Source of the DNA: Rhodanobacter sp.
GTDB lineage: Bacteria > Pseudomonadota > Gammaproteobacteria > Xanthomonadales > Rhodanobacteraceae
Reading direction: 5' to 3'
Assembly (NCBI GenBank): GCA_036561785.1
Contig: DATCUT010000104.1
Span: forward strand, 14,282 to 78,281
Length of the DNA stretch: 64,000 bases
Shown: positions 36,445 through 47,875 of the stretch, piece by piece
Position numbering within the stretch: position 1 is the stretch's first letter
Layout: every line of letters starts with the position of its first letter
Translations under genes and position numbers: made by a program
The notes under the pieces: generated by a model
Told to the model about the DNA's origin: nothing
What the model saw: the letters and a program-made list of their open reading frames with translations, nothing else
The model's database searches: none

Positions 36445-36621
36445 CCGGATTGCGCGACGGTTTCTGTGCCCCTGCTGCGGCAGGGGGTTTTGGCCAACGG
36501 TGACGACGGTCGGTTCCGAGGGAACCACCCGAACACACCCTCAACCGGTGGACCGGAAAGTTCGTGCGCAATACCCAATCTGGCGCGACGGACCACGGTC
36601 TTTTCCCACTATGGAATCAAC

Positions 36622-38295
36622 ATGACTGAAAGTTTTGCCGAACTGTTTGAACAGAGCCAACAGGCTATCTCCAAGCTGAAGCCCGGCGCCATCGTCACCG
36701 GCATCGTTGTGGAAATCCGCAATGACGTCGTCGTGATCAATGCCGGCCTGAAGAGCGAAGGCATCGTCCCGATCGAGCAGTTCAAGAGCGAGGACGGCGT
36801 GCTGGAGGTGCAGGTAGGCGACGAGGTGAAGGTAGCCCTCGAAGCTTTGGAAGACGGTTTCGGCGAGACCAAGCTGTCGCGCGAGAAAGCCAAGCGCTCG
36901 ATGGTGTGGGACGACCTGGAGCAGGCGTTCGACAAGGAAGAGACCATCGTCGGCATGATTTCCGGCAAGGTCAAGGGCGGTTTCACCGTCGACATCAAGG
37001 ACGTCCGCGCATTCCTGCCGGGCTCGCTGGTCGATGTGCGCCCGGTGCGCGACCCGGTCTACCTCGAGGGCAAGGAACTCGAGTTCAAGATCATCAAGCT
37101 GGACCGCAAGCGCAACAACGTGGTGGTCAGCCGCCGCGCCGTCGTCGAGACCGAGTTCTCCGAGGAGCGCGAGAAGCTGCTTGAGCGTTTGACCGAGGGC
37201 GCCGTGGTCAAGGGCACCGTCAAGAACCTCACCGACTACGGCGCGTTCGTGGACCTGGGCGGTATCGACGGCCTGCTGCACATCACCGACATGGCGTGGA
37301 AGCGTGTGCGTCATCCGTCCGAAGTGGTCAACGTCGGCGACGAGCTGGACGTGCGCGTGCTGAAGTACGACAAGGAGCGCAATCGCGTTTCGCTGGGCCT
37401 GAAGCAGCTGGGCGACGACCCGTGGGTCGCCATTGCCCGTCGCTACCCGGTCGGCAGCCGCCTGTTCGGCAAGGTCTCCAACGTCACCGATTACGGCTGC
37501 TTCGTCGAGATCGAGCCGGGCGTGGAAGGCCTGGTGCACGTGTCCGAGATGGACTGGACCAACAAGAACGTCAACCCGGCCAAGGTGGTACAGGTCGGTG
37601 ACGAGACCGAAGTCACCGTGCTGGACGTGGACGAGGAGCGTCGCCGCATCTCGCTGGGCATCAAGCAGACGCGTTCCAATCCGTGGGAAGCGTTCGCAGC
37701 GATGCACAAGAAGGGCGACAAGGTCTCCGGTCAAATCAAGTCGATCACCGACTTCGGCGTGTTCATCGGCCTGGACGGCGGCATCGACGGCCTGGTGCAC
37801 CTGTCCGACATCTCCTGGCAGATGTCCGGCGAAGATCTGGTTCGCAACTTCAAGAAGGGCGACGAGATCGAGGCCGTGGTGCTGGCTGTGGACCCGGAGC
37901 GTGAGCGCATCTCGCTCGGCATCAAGCAGATGGAGCAGGATCCGTTCGGCCAGTTCATGGCGGCGAATCCGCGCGGCAGCATCGTCAACGGCACCGTCAA
38001 GGAAGTCGATGCGAAGGGCGCCGTGATCGATCTGGGCGAAGGCGTCGAGGGCTACCTGCGTGCCAACGACATCGCCAAGGAGCGCATCGAGGATGCCACG
38101 CTGCATCTGAAGGTGGGCGACAAGGTCGAGGCCAAGTTCACCGGAATGGATCGCAAGGGCCGCCAGCTGGCGCTCTCGATCCGCGCCAAGGACGAGGAAG
38201 ACGCGCCCGACACGTCGGCGGACTACTCGTCCGCTGCCAGCGGTACGACCAAGCTTGGTGCGCTGCTCAAGGAGCAGTTCAACAAGGCCGACTGA
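36622..38295 (+). CDS. rpsA: 30S ribosomal protein S1
   Basis: [10 protein letters not shown] start; six S1 repeats; cmk-rpsA-ihfB synteny. Confidence 0.98.
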   Translation: MTESFAELFEQSQQAISKLKPGAIVTGIVVEIRNDVVVINAGLKSEGIVPIEQFKSEDGVLEVQVGDEVKVALEALEDGFGETKLSREKAKRSMVWDDLEQAFDKEETIVGMISGKVKGGFTVDIKDVRAFLPGSLVDVRPVRDPVYLEGKELEFKIIKLDRKRNNVVVSRRAVVETEFSEEREKLLERLTEGAVVKGTVKNLTDYGAFVDLGGIDGLLHITDMAWKRVRHPSEVVNVGDELDVRVLKYDKERNRVSLGLKQLGDDPWVAIARRYPVGSRLFGKVSNVTDYGCFVEIEPGVEGLVHVSEMDWTNKNVNPAKVVQVGDETEVTVLDVDEERRRISLGIKQTRSNPWEAFAAMHKKGDKVSGQIKSITDFGVFIGLDGGIDGLVHLSDISWQMSGEDLVRNFKKGDEIEAVVLAVDPERERISLGIKQMEQDPFGQFMAANPRGSIVNGTVKEVDAKGAVIDLGEGVEGYLRANDIAKERIEDATLHLKVGDKVEAKFTGMDRKGRQLALSIRAKDEEDAPDTSADYSSAASGTTKLGALLKEQFNKAD

Positions 38296-38369
38296 TCGCC
38301 TGCAGCAGCCTGACACGGGGCGGCGGCCCATCGCCGCCCCGTTGTTTCATGTCACGGACATTGGGGCCC

Positions 38370-38669
38370 ATGACTAAATCCGAATTGATCGAGGCGCTCG
38401 CCAGGCGCCAGACTCACCTTGCGTTTGCCGATGTCGAGATGGCCGTCAAGAGCGTCATCGAGCAGATGAGCCATGCCCTGGCTCACGGCGAACGTATCGA
38501 AGTGCGTGGCTTCGGCAGCTTCGCGCTGCACTACCGACCGCCACGCATGGGGCGCAACCCCAAGACGGGTGAAGCCGTGGCGCTGCCCGGCAAGCACGTC
38601 CCGCACTTCAAGCCAGGCAAGGAATTGCGCGAACGCGTCAACCAGGACCTGGAGCAGAAAACCGCCTGA
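38370..38669 (+). CDS. ihfB: Integration host factor beta
   Basis: [38 protein letters not shown]. Confidence 0.97.
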   Translation: MTKSELIEALARRQTHLAFADVEMAVKSVIEQMSHALAHGERIEVRGFGSFALHYRPPRMGRNPKTGEAVALPGKHVPHFKPGKELRERVNQDLEQKTA

Positions 38670-38700
38670 CAGGTCGGTCGATATGCAGGAAAGCTGATCG

Positions 38701-38734
38701 AAGGCAGGCGACGCAAGTCGGCCCTGCCTTTTTT
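38701..38734 (+). terminator. Intrinsic terminator after ihfB
   Basis: AAGGCAGG-CGAC-GCAA-GTCG-GCCCTGCCTTTTTT. Confidence 0.75.
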
Positions 38735-38838
38735 ATTGAGCGCCATCCGCAATGGCTGCAAAGCCGTCATGAATCGTTGCCGCATGGATCGCCCGCGTTG
38801 CCTGTGCCTGTCACGAGCAATCGGGTAAAGTCTCGGCC

Positions 38839-39087
38839 ATGCGACTGCTCGCCATCATCGTCCTCGTGATCTTCATCGCCGCCGGCGTCGTGCTGGGCGC
38901 GCTCAATGCCGATCTGGTCGGCTACGACCTTGCGTTCGCCCAGGTGCGACTGCCCAAGGGCGCTGCCTTGCTGGTCGCCCTGGTGATCGGCTGGCTGCTG
39001 GGCGGGCTCACCGCCTGGCTGGGCGTAAGCACGCGCCAGCGCCGCCGACAACGGCGTGCGGACAAGAAGCTGCCGGCCAAGCCATGA
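38839..39087 (+). CDS. lapA: LPS assembly protein LapA
   Basis: Two TM helices with basic tail, directly upstream of lapB. Confidence 0.8.
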   Translation: MRLLAIIVLVIFIAAGVVLGALNADLVGYDLAFAQVRLPKGAALLVALVIGWLLGGLTAWLGVSTRQRRRQRRADKKLPAKP

Positions 39088-40256
39088 ATCTCCTGTATGT
39101 GCTGGTTCCGCTGGTACCAGCCGCGTTTGTCCTGGGCTGGTGGGCCTCCCGCCAGATCGGCGCGCGCCGGTCCGGCGCTGAAGTCAGCGAACTGTCCTCG
39201 GACTACTTCCGCGGCCTGAACTACCTGCTCAACGAGGAGCAGGACAAGGCGATCGAGGTCTTCCTCAAGCTGGCCGAATACAACCGCGACACGGTCGAGA
39301 CGCACCTGGCGCTGGGCAACCTGTTCCGCCGCCGCGGCGAGGTGGACCGGGCGATCCGGCTGCACCAGCACCTGGTCTCGCGGCCGGGCCTGACCGACGC
39401 GATGAAGACGGTGGCCCTGCTGGAACTGGGCGAGGACTACATGCGCGCCGGGCTGCTGGATCGTGCCGAGGCGCTGTTTTCCGACCTGGTGGCGATGGAT
39501 GCGCATGCGCCGTCGGCGTTGCGCCACCTGATCGCGATCTACCAGCACGAACGCGACTGGCACAAGGCGATCGAGCATGCGCGCCGGCTGGAGGTGATGA
39601 CCGGCGAGAACGAGGCGCCGATGATTGCCCAGTTCTATTGCGAACTGGCCGACCGCTCGCGCCAGCATGGCGCGCGCGCCGAAGCGCGCGACTATCTGCG
39701 CCAGGCGTTCGAATGCCAACCCGACTGCGTACGCGCCTTCATGCTGACCGGCCGCCTGCAATCCGAGGACGGCCAGCACGCCGAAGCGGTGACGGCCTAC
39801 GAGGCGGCGATCAAGGCCGATATCGCGTTCACCCCGGATATCCTGCCGCCGCTGCTCAACAGCTACGCCCGTTCGCAGCAGATGGAACGCGCCGAAGGTT
39901 TCCTGCGCGACATGCTGGGGCGCTACCACGGCGTCTCGCCGGTGCTGGCGCTGACCCATCTGTACCGGCAGCGCGATGGCGAGCGGGCGGCGATCGATTT
40001 CCTGACGGCGCAGTTGCGCCAGCGTCCGTCGGTACGCGGTCTGATGGCCTTGATCGACGCCACCATGGACAAGATCGAGGGCGAGGCGCGCGAGAACTTC
40101 CTGATCCTGCGCGACCTGACCCGCAAGCTGCTGGAGGGCCAGGCGATGTATCGCTGCAGCCGCTGCGGTTTCGGCGCCAAGGCGCATCACTGGCAATGCC
40201 CCAGCTGCAAGAGCTGGAGTACGATCCGACCGATCCACGGCGTCGCCAGCGAGTGA
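39084..40256 (+). CDS. lapB: LPS assembly protein LapB
   Basis: N-terminal TM, TPR repeats, C-terminal rubredoxin CSRCGF...CPSCKSW. Confidence 0.96.
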   Translation: MNLLYVLVPLVPAAFVLGWWASRQIGARRSGAEVSELSSDYFRGLNYLLNEEQDKAIEVFLKLAEYNRDTVETHLALGNLFRRRGEVDRAIRLHQHLVSRPGLTDAMKTVALLELGEDYMRAGLLDRAEALFSDLVAMDAHAPSALRHLIAIYQHERDWHKAIEHARRLEVMTGENEAPMIAQFYCELADRSRQHGARAEARDYLRQAFECQPDCVRAFMLTGRLQSEDGQHAEAVTAYEAAIKADIAFTPDILPPLLNSYARSQQMERAEGFLRDMLGRYHGVSPVLALTHLYRQRDGERAAIDFLTAQLRQRPSVRGLMALIDATMDKIEGEARENFLILRDLTRKLLEGQAMYRCSRCGFGAKAHHWQCPSCKSWSTIRPIHGVASE

Positions 40257-40263
40257 GCGGAGC

Positions 40264-41286
40264 ATGTACCTGACCATGGGATGGTTGCTGGCCAGCTTGT
40301 CGATCACCTTGCTGCTGGTGCGCGGCGCGATCGGCTACGCGCATCGGCGCGGCATGCTCGACCAACCCGGGCAGCGCCGCTCGCATCATCTGCCGACCCC
40401 GCGCGGCGGCGGCATCGGCATCGTCGTGGCGATGCTGGCCTGCCTGCCTGGCGTACTGTCGGGCTTGCCGGCAGCATGGCCGGCAAGCGTGATCGCGAGC
40501 CTGTTCGCTGCGCTGGTACTGGTGGCGCTGGCTGGCTGGTGGGACGATCACCGTTCGTTGCCGGTACTGCCGCGGCTGGCTGCCCAACTGCTCGCGGTCG
40601 GCCTGTTTTCGCTGAGCCTGCTGGCCACCGGCTTGTCATGGTGGTGGCTGCCGCTGTTGCTGATCGGCGGCGCCTGGAGCATCAATCTGCACAATTTCAT
40701 GGACGGCATCGACGGCTTGCTGGCCCAGCAGGCGATCTTCGTCGGCGCAGGTCTGGCCTTGCTGGCATGGGCGGCGGTGCAGCCTGCGCTGGCCATGGCG
40801 TCGGCGGCTCTTGCGGCATCGGCGCTGGGTTTCTGGTACTTCAACCGGCCACCAGCCCGGATCTTCATGGGCGATGTCGGCAGCGGCAGCATTGGCCTGC
40901 TGATCTTTGCATTCAGCGTGATGCTGTGGCGCGTCGAGCACGCCTTGCTGTGGCCGGCGCTGATCCTGTCGTCGGCATTCGTGGTGGATGCCAGCCTGAC
41001 CCTGCTGACCCGCATGTGGCGCGGACGGCGCTGGTACACTGCACACCGCGAACACCTGTACCAGTGGGTGGTGCGTCGCGGGGGAACGCATGCACGAACG
41101 GGCGCCGCCTATATGGGCTGGAACCTGCTGATCGCGGCGCCGTTGGCCTGGTTGGCGTGGAGTCATCTGCAAATGGCGCTGCCGATTACCATAACCGTCT
41201 ATCTTGGAGCGGCAGTCGCATGGCTGGCGCTGAAACGTCGTTGCCTGCGACGCCATCCGCCAAGGACACCCCATGTCGCTGCGTAA
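40264..41286 (+). CDS. Undecaprenyl-phosphate sugar-1-phosphate transferase (GT4/MraY-WecA family, WbpL-like)
   Basis: PTPRGGG, WWDD, NFMDGIDG, IFMGDVGS, AHREHLYQ. Confidence 0.92.
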   Translation: MYLTMGWLLASLSITLLLVRGAIGYAHRRGMLDQPGQRRSHHLPTPRGGGIGIVVAMLACLPGVLSGLPAAWPASVIASLFAALVLVALAGWWDDHRSLPVLPRLAAQLLAVGLFSLSLLATGLSWWWLPLLLIGGAWSINLHNFMDGIDGLLAQQAIFVGAGLALLAWAAVQPALAMASAALAASALGFWYFNRPPARIFMGDVGSGSIGLLIFAFSVMLWRVEHALLWPALILSSAFVVDASLTLLTRMWRGRRWYTAHREHLYQWVVRRGGTHARTGAAYMGWNLLIAAPLAWLAWSHLQMALPITITVYLGAAVAWLALKRRCLRRHPPRTPHVAA

Positions 41287-43171
41287 GCTCGTCGGCTTCA
41301 TCCACCCGCGCATCGCCGTCGTGTTGCACGACCTGGCCATGGCTGCGCTTGCCTGGTGGATCGCCAAACTGCTGAGATATGCGCTGAAACCGGACGAGAT
41401 CGTCAGTTTCCAGATACTCGAGTTTCCGATCGTGCTGCTGGTGCAGGGGCTGATCTTCCGCTGGACCGGGCTGTACAAGAGCGTCTGGCGTTTCGCCAGT
41501 CTGCCGGACCTGTGGAACATCGTGCGCGCCGTGGTGATCGGCTCGTTGCTCATCGGCGTATCGCTGTTCCTGTACGACCGGCTGGAGGGTGTGCCGCGTG
41601 CGGTGCTGGTGCTCTATCCGCTGCTGCTCGCCACGCTGCTCGGCGGGCCGCGGCTGGCTTACCGCTACTGGAAAGACAGCCGCAACGACCTGCTGCAGAA
41701 CCAGACCGCGAAGCGGGTCCTGATCGTGGGTGCGGATCGCGCCGGCGAAGTGCTCTCGCGCGACCTGCGTCGCGACAACCGTTACGCCGTGGTCGGCTTC
41801 GTCGACGACAAGCCCAGCCTGCGCGGCGCCAGCATCAACGGCCACCCGGTACTGGGACGCTTCGACCAGTTGCCTGAAATCGCCCGCGAAGTGGCGGTCG
41901 ACATGCTGCTGATCGCGCTGCCGGGCGCATCCACGGCCGAGATGCGCCGGGTGGTATCGCTGTGCGACGCCACCGACCTGCCGTACCGGACCGTGCCAAG
42001 GCTGGAGGACGTGGTCGCCGGCCGCGCCCAGTTCAATCAGATCAAGGAAGTGGCGATCGAGGACCTGCTCGGCCGCGACACAGTGGAACTGGACTGGACC
42101 GCGATCCGCGAAACCCTCAGCGGGCGCCGCGTGCTGATCACCGGCGGCGGCGGTTCGATCGGATCGGAACTGTGCCGGCAGGTCGCCCGGCTGGGCGCGC
42201 AGTCGCTCACCGTGGTCGAACAGAGCGAATACAACCTGTACCGGATCAGTCAGGAACTGCGTGCGAATTTCCCCGAACTGATCCTCGACGGCATCCTCGC
42301 CAACTGCGGCGACCAGACCGCCATGCGGAAGGCGTTCGCGGATACGCAGCCGCAGGTGGTGTTCCATGCGGCGGCCTACAAGCACGTGCCGATGCTGCAA
42401 GGGCAGCTGCGCGCGGCGTTCCGCAACAATGTGCTGGGCACGCGCACGGTGGCCGATGCGGCCCGCGAAGTCGGGGTCGAGTGCTTCGTGCTGATCTCCA
42501 CCGACAAGGCGGTCAACCCGACCAGCGTGATGGGCGCCTGCAAGCGCGTCGCCGAGATCTACTGCCAGAACCTCGATGCGCATGCCGAGACCCGTTTCAT
42601 GACGGTGCGCTTCGGCAACGTGCTGGATTCGGCCGGATCGGTGGTGCCGCTGTTCCGCCAGCAGATCCGTGCAGGCGGGCCGATCACCGTGACGCACCCG
42701 GAAATATCGCGCTACTTCATGACGATCCCCGAGGCCTGCCAGCTGATCCTGCAGACCGCGAGCATCGGCAAGGGCGGCGAGATCTTCGCACTCGACATGG
42801 GCGAGCCGGTGAAGATCCGCGACCTTGCCGAGCAGATGATCCGCCTGGCCGGCAAGAAACCCGGCAGCGAGATCCCGATCGTGTACACCGGCCTGCGCGC
42901 AGGTGAAAAGCTGTTCGAAGAACTGTTCCACCCGCTGGAAAACTACAGCGCCACCACGCACGCCAAGATCTTTCTGGCGCAACACCGCGAAGTTTCGTGG
43001 GAACTGCTGCAGGCGCTGTTGCACAAGTCTGCCGAAGCAGCGGACGTTTTCGATGAGGAAGAACTTCGACGCTGCGTATCCAGCCTGCTGCCGTCGTTCC
43101 GTTGGAGCGAATCGGTACAGCCGGACAACGTGGTGTCGATCCGTCGCGCCAACCCGGAGATCAATGAGTGA
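41273..43171 (+). CDS. Nucleoside-diphosphate sugar epimerase/dehydratase (WbpM/CapD-like)
   Basis: N-terminal TMs, TGGGGSIGSE, HAAAYKHVP, STDKAVNP, RFGNVLDS. Confidence 0.93.
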   Translation: MSLRKLVGFIHPRIAVVLHDLAMAALAWWIAKLLRYALKPDEIVSFQILEFPIVLLVQGLIFRWTGLYKSVWRFASLPDLWNIVRAVVIGSLLIGVSLFLYDRLEGVPRAVLVLYPLLLATLLGGPRLAYRYWKDSRNDLLQNQTAKRVLIVGADRAGEVLSRDLRRDNRYAVVGFVDDKPSLRGASINGHPVLGRFDQLPEIAREVAVDMLLIALPGASTAEMRRVVSLCDATDLPYRTVPRLEDVVAGRAQFNQIKEVAIEDLLGRDTVELDWTAIRETLSGRRVLITGGGGSIGSELCRQVARLGAQSLTVVEQSEYNLYRISQELRANFPELILDGILANCGDQTAMRKAFADTQPQVVFHAAAYKHVPMLQGQLRAAFRNNVLGTRTVADAAREVGVECFVLISTDKAVNPTSVMGACKRVAEIYCQNLDAHAETRFMTVRFGNVLDSAGSVVPLFRQQIRAGGPITVTHPEISRYFMTIPEACQLILQTASIGKGGEIFALDMGEPVKIRDLAEQMIRLAGKKPGSEIPIVYTGLRAGEKLFEELFHPLENYSATTHAKIFLAQHREVSWELLQALLHKSAEAADVFDEEELRRCVSSLLPSFRWSESVQPDNVVSIRRANPEINE

Positions 43172-44043
43172 GCAAGCCCCTGCGCAAAGTGGTGTTTCCC
43201 GTGGCCGGACTCGGCACGCGCTTCCTGCCGGCGACGAAGGTGGTCGCCAAGGAGATGCTGCCGGTCCTCGACAAGCCGCTGATCCAGTACGCCGTGGACG
43301 AGGCCGTGGATGCCGGGGCCGACACCCTGATCTTCGTCACCAACCGCTACAAGCACGCGATCGCCGACTATTTCGACAAGGCCTACGAGCTGGAATCGAA
43401 GCTGCAGGAGAAGGGCAAGGCCGAACTGCTGGCGCTGGTGCAGGGCACCTTGCCGCGGCACGTCCGGGCGATCTTTGTGACCCAGCCCGAGGCGCTCGGC
43501 CTGGGCCATGCCGTGCTGTGCGCCAAACCCGTGGTCGGCGACGAGCCGTTCGGCGTGATCCTGCCGGATGACCTGATCTGGAATGGCGCCGGCAAGGGCG
43601 CGCTGCGGCAGATGGCCGAGTTGGCCGACGCGCAGCAGGCCGGCGTGATCGCGGTGGAAGAAGTACCGCACACCGATACCGACAAGTACGGCATCGTCGA
43701 TGCCACGCCGGTCGACGAACGCAGCGCGCTGATCCGCAGCATGGTCGAGAAACCCAAGCCGGCCGATGCGCCGTCCAACCTGGCCGTCGTCGGCCGTTAT
43801 GTGTTGCCGGGTCGCATTTTCCAGTTGCTGGAGCAGACCACGCCAGGCGCCGGCGGCGAAATCCAGCTCACCGATGCCATCGACGCGTTGCTGAAAGAGC
43901 AGGGCAAGGTGCTGGCCTACCGCTTCGAAGGCACCCGCTTCGACTGCGGCAACAAGGCCGGCCTGGTGCGCGCCACCATGCACATGGCCATGCAGGATCC
44001 GAAACTCGCGCCCACCGTGCGCGCGTTTCTCGGCCAGCTTTGA
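43168..44043 (+). CDS. galU: UTP-glucose-1-phosphate uridylyltransferase
   Basis: PVAGLGTRFLPATK, LGLGHAV, VEKP, GEIQLTDAI. Confidence 0.96.
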   Translation: MSKPLRKVVFPVAGLGTRFLPATKVVAKEMLPVLDKPLIQYAVDEAVDAGADTLIFVTNRYKHAIADYFDKAYELESKLQEKGKAELLALVQGTLPRHVRAIFVTQPEALGLGHAVLCAKPVVGDEPFGVILPDDLIWNGAGKGALRQMAELADAQQAGVIAVEEVPHTDTDKYGIVDATPVDERSALIRSMVEKPKPADAPSNLAVVGRYVLPGRIFQLLEQTTPGAGGEIQLTDAIDALLKEQGKVLAYRFEGTRFDCGNKAGLVRATMHMAMQDPKLAPTVRAFLGQL

Positions 44044-44121
44044 ACCACGGCTGCGCCAACGTCCGGGCATGATGGGTATGCTTGCCCGGTCACGGATATT
44101 GGTGCCGGTCATCGCTGCAGC

Positions 44122-45411
44122 ATGAATCCATCCTCGTCCACGTCCTACTACCGCGCCACGGCCACGCCGTACGCGGCCTGGACGCCACTTCAGGGTAGCG
44201 CGCACGCGCGTGTTGCCGTCATCGGTGGCGGCTTTGCCGGATTGAACACGGCACTCGGGCTGGCCGAGCGCGGCGTGCGCGACGTAGTGCTGCTGGAACG
44301 CGAGCAGGTCGGTTTCGGTGCGTCCGGCCGCAACGGCGGCTTCGTCTTTGCTGGCTACTCGCTGGGCGAGCAGGTGCTGCTGGATCAGTTGGGCGAGGCT
44401 CGCGCGCAGGCGCTGTTCAAGCTCACCACCGAAGCGGTCGGGCGGATCCGCCAACGCATTGCCGATTACGCGATCGCCTGCGATGCGGTCGACGAGGGCG
44501 TGATCTGGGCCAACTGGTTCCGCGACCCCGCTGTGCTGCGTGAGCGCCAGCAGTTGCTGGCCGAACATTACGGCGTGCAATGGCAGTGGCTGCCCGAGAC
44601 CGAACTGCGCGCGCGCATCCGCAGCGAGCGTTATCACGATGGCCTGTACGAGCGTGACGCGTTGCACCTGCACCCGCTCAACTATGCGATCGGCCTGGCC
44701 GCAGCAGCAGCCGGGCAGGGCGTGCGCATCCACGAGAACAGTGGCGTGCGCAGCCTCACGCGCGAGGGCCTGCAATGGCGCCTGCGCACGGCGCAGGGCG
44801 AACTGCTGGTCGATCAGGTGGTGCTGGCCTGCGGCGGTTATCTGGCCGGCCTGCAGAAGCCGATTGACCGGGCGATCCTGCCGATCGCCACCTACGTGAT
44901 GGTGACCGAGCCGCTCGGCGATCGGCTGGACGAGTGCCTGCACACCCGCGCGGCGATCTACGACAGCCGCTTCGCGTTCGACTACTATCGCGCGCTGCCG
45001 GATACGCGGCTGCTGTGGGGCGGGCGCATCTCGGTACTCAACCGCTCGCCACGCGGAGTGCAGCGCCTGTTGACGAGGGACCTGCTGCGGGTATTCCCGC
45101 AACTGAAAGGCGTGCGCATCGAGCATGCCTGGTCGGGCCTGATGAGCTACGCGCGGCATCAGATGCCGCAGATCGGCGGCGACGGCAACGGCCTGTGGTG
45201 GGCCCAGGCCTTCGGCGGCCATGGCTTGGCGCCGACCTGTGCCGCCGGCGAACTGCTGGCGGCGGCGATCGCCGAGGGCGACGACCGCTGGAAGCAGTTC
45301 GCCGACTACGGTCTGGGCAGCACCCACCGCCCGTTCGGTTATCTTGCGGCACAGGCCAGCTACTGGTGGCAACAAAGCCGCGACTGTCTGAAAACGAGGT
45401 TGGAAGGATGA
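44122..45411 (+). CDS. FAD-dependent oxidoreductase (DAO/PuuB-like)
   Basis: [23 protein letters not shown]. Confidence 0.88.
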   Translation: MNPSSSTSYYRATATPYAAWTPLQGSAHARVAVIGGGFAGLNTALGLAERGVRDVVLLEREQVGFGASGRNGGFVFAGYSLGEQVLLDQLGEARAQALFKLTTEAVGRIRQRIADYAIACDAVDEGVIWANWFRDPAVLRERQQLLAEHYGVQWQWLPETELRARIRSERYHDGLYERDALHLHPLNYAIGLAAAAAGQGVRIHENSGVRSLTREGLQWRLRTAQGELLVDQVVLACGGYLAGLQKPIDRAILPIATYVMVTEPLGDRLDECLHTRAAIYDSRFAFDYYRALPDTRLLWGGRISVLNRSPRGVQRLLTRDLLRVFPQLKGVRIEHAWSGLMSYARHQMPQIGGDGNGLWWAQAFGGHGLAPTCAAGELLAAAIAEGDDRWKQFADYGLGSTHRPFGYLAAQASYWWQQSRDCLKTRLEG

Positions 45412-45755
45412 GTGCAACGAATCACCCCGAAATCAGCTGGGCCGACTTCGAGAAGGTCCTGATCGTCGCCGGTACGGTGACGAAGGTCGAGCCATTCCCC
45501 GAGGCGCGCAAGCCGGCATGGAAGGTGTGGGTGGATTTCGGTCCCTACGGCGAGAAGAAGACCAGCGCGCAGATCGCCGCGCTGTACCAGGCCGAGGACC
45601 TGCTTGGCCGGCAGATCGTGGGCGTGATCAACTTCCCGGAAAAGCAGATCGGCCCGTTCCGCTCGCAGTTCCTGCTGACCGGCTTTCCCACCGGCGATGG
45701 CGTGGTGGTCACTGCGATCGAGCGCCCGGTACCGAACGGCACCCGGCTGGCCTGA
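45408..45755 (+). CDS. csaA: tRNA-binding / CsaA-like protein
   Basis: [31 protein letters not shown]. Confidence 0.85.
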   Translation: MSATNHPEISWADFEKVLIVAGTVTKVEPFPEARKPAWKVWVDFGPYGEKKTSAQIAALYQAEDLLGRQIVGVINFPEKQIGPFRSQFLLTGFPTGDGVVVTAIERPVPNGTRLA

Positions 45756-45853
45756 GCCGGCCGCGCGTTGCCCGCGATTTGCCAGCAGCGCGCCAGCGCA
45801 TGTCCGCCATCGCCGGCCACCATGACGGCCTCGTCCCCGTCATGGAGCTCCGC

Positions 45854-46732
45854 ATGAACCCCTTCATCCGCACGCTGTGGATCGGCGCCGCCCTGTTCGC
45901 AACAAGCCTGGCGCACGCGAACGATGCCGCATGGAGCCAGCCGCAGCAGCCGTTCCGCATCTACGGCAACAGCTGGTACGTGGGCACGCAGGGACTGAGC
46001 GCGATCCTGGTCACCTCGCCGCAGGGCCACGTACTGATCGACGGCACGCTGGAAGGCAATGCGGCGCAGATCGAGGCGAACATCCGCACGCTCGGTTTCC
46101 GCCTGCGCGACATCAAGCTGATCCTCAACTCGCACGCCCACTCCGACCACGCCGGAGCGATCGCCAGGCTGGCGCACGACAGCGGCGCCACGGTGGCAGC
46201 GAGCACCGCCGGCGCGAAGGAGCTGCGTTCGGGCGGCAATGATCCGGACGACCCGCAATACGGCATGGCGCCACGCTACCCGGCGGTCACGCCGGTCGAG
46301 ATGGTCGCCGATGGCGCTGCCGTGCAGGTGGGGTCGATCGCCATCACGGCGCACTACACGCCCGGCCATACCCCGGGCAGCACGTCGTGGACCTGGCGCT
46401 CCTGCGAAAAGGAACGCTGCCTGGCGCTGGCCTACGTCGACAGCCTCACCGCGCTCGGCCGCGATGGTTTCCGTTACAGCGACGACCCGGCACGGGTCGC
46501 GAGTTTCCGCCGGTCCTTCGCGACCGTCGCCGGCTTGCCCTGCGACATCCTGATCACTCCTCACCCCGAAGCCAGTGGCTTCATGCAGAAGATCGCCGCA
46601 CGCGATCGCGAACATTCGTCCGCCGCCTTGATCGACACCGGCGCCTGCCGCAGCTACGCCGCGGCGGCGGCGCTGCGCTTCGAGGAACGCCTGGCGAAGG
46701 AACGGCAGGGCGCGCGACGCGCCGGCAAGTGA
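45854..46732 (+). CDS. Subclass B3 metallo-beta-lactamase
   Basis: Signal peptide, PFRIYGNSWYVG, SHAHSDHAG, TPGHTPGSTSW, CDILITPHP. Confidence 0.88.
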   Translation: MNPFIRTLWIGAALFATSLAHANDAAWSQPQQPFRIYGNSWYVGTQGLSAILVTSPQGHVLIDGTLEGNAAQIEANIRTLGFRLRDIKLILNSHAHSDHAGAIARLAHDSGATVAASTAGAKELRSGGNDPDDPQYGMAPRYPAVTPVEMVADGAAVQVGSIAITAHYTPGHTPGSTSWTWRSCEKERCLALAYVDSLTALGRDGFRYSDDPARVASFRRSFATVAGLPCDILITPHPEASGFMQKIAARDREHSSAALIDTGACRSYAAAAALRFEERLAKERQGARRAGK

Positions 46733-46756
46733 GGCAGTACCGTCCCGCGTGACGGC

Positions 46757-47680
46757 TCAGCGGTCCAGCCAGACCTCCAGCCCCTGTGCATTCAGCTTGA
46801 TGTCCATGCCCAGCAACAGACGCAAGGCATCGCGCCCGTGCTGCCAGCCGTGGGCCGAGGCACGGGCCGCGTAGAGGTCGGTCAGCGATTCCATCAGCAC
46901 GGCATGCCGGTCGGGCTTGCCGGGCGCGGCGCGGGCGATATCCACCATGGCGTCGATCTGCGCATGCAGGTCGGCGGCCAACCGTTCAACACTCTCCACC
47001 CGGCCGTAGTGGGTGAGATACATCGCGTCGGGCTTCAGGGCGACCAGCCGCTCGATCGACGCATGCAGCGCCGGTGGATCGAACTGCACCGGCGAGGTGG
47101 TGGGCAGGATGAACGGGCCGTTCGCGGTGTCGAAATCGCGATACGACAGGCCGAACACGTCGCCGGTGAAACACACGTTGGCGCGTTCGTCGTACACGGT
47201 GAGGTGGTGCTTCGCGTGGCCGGGCGTGTCGATGCACAGCAGCGGCCGGCCAGCCAGTTCCACCACGTGGCCGTCCGGCGCCTCGACGACGCGCTCGGCG
47301 GGGATCGGGCGCAGCCGGCCGTAGGTCTGCTCCATCACCGCCTCGCCGTATACCGCGCTGGCGCCGGCCCACAGCACCGAGGGATCGATCATGTGCCGCG
47401 CGCCGCGCGGATGCACCACCAGTCTCGCGTTCGGCAGCCGCGCGATCAGCTCGCCGGCGCCGCCGGCATGGTCCAGGTGCACGTGGGTGAGGATCAGCCA
47501 GTCCACCGCGGCAGCGGCGATTCCCGCCTCGTCCAGCGCCGCCAGCATGCGCGGTACGGCGAAGTGGGTGCCGCAGTCGACGAACGCGCCGCGGCCGTTC
47601 TCGACGACCAGGTAGGCCGCGTCGAACCGCGGCCGCACGAAGCCGGTGTCGATGATGTGGATGCCGTGGGTGACTGCCAT
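46757..47680 (-). CDS. MBL-fold metallo-hydrolase (cytoplasmic)
   Basis: THVHLDHAGG, TPGHAKHH, FTGD, LTHYG. Confidence 0.88.
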   Translation of the reverse strand: MAVTHGIHIIDTGFVRPRFDAAYLVVENGRGAFVDCGTHFAVPRMLAALDEAGIAAAAVDWLILTHVHLDHAGGAGELIARLPNARLVVHPRGARHMIDPSVLWAGASAVYGEAVMEQTYGRLRPIPAERVVEAPDGHVVELAGRPLLCIDTPGHAKHHLTVYDERANVCFTGDVFGLSYRDFDTANGPFILPTTSPVQFDPPALHASIERLVALKPDAMYLTHYGRVESVERLAADLHAQIDAMVDIARAAPGKPDRHAVLMESLTDLYAARASAHGWQHGRDALRLLLGMDIKLNAQGLEVWLDR

Positions 47681-47875
47681 GCCTGCCTCGCGAACCGGAT
47701 GGTCCGGCGAGGTTAGCAAGCCACCACAGGATAGGCACTTGCACCATGGTCGAGCGCGGGTACCCGATAGGCGCATCCTGCAGGGGCCGCCGAAATGTCG
47801 CGGGAACCTTTGGATGGGCTGCTGCATCCGATCGGCAGCGGCTCATTCATCAACGTGCCACCCGGGGGAAACGAC

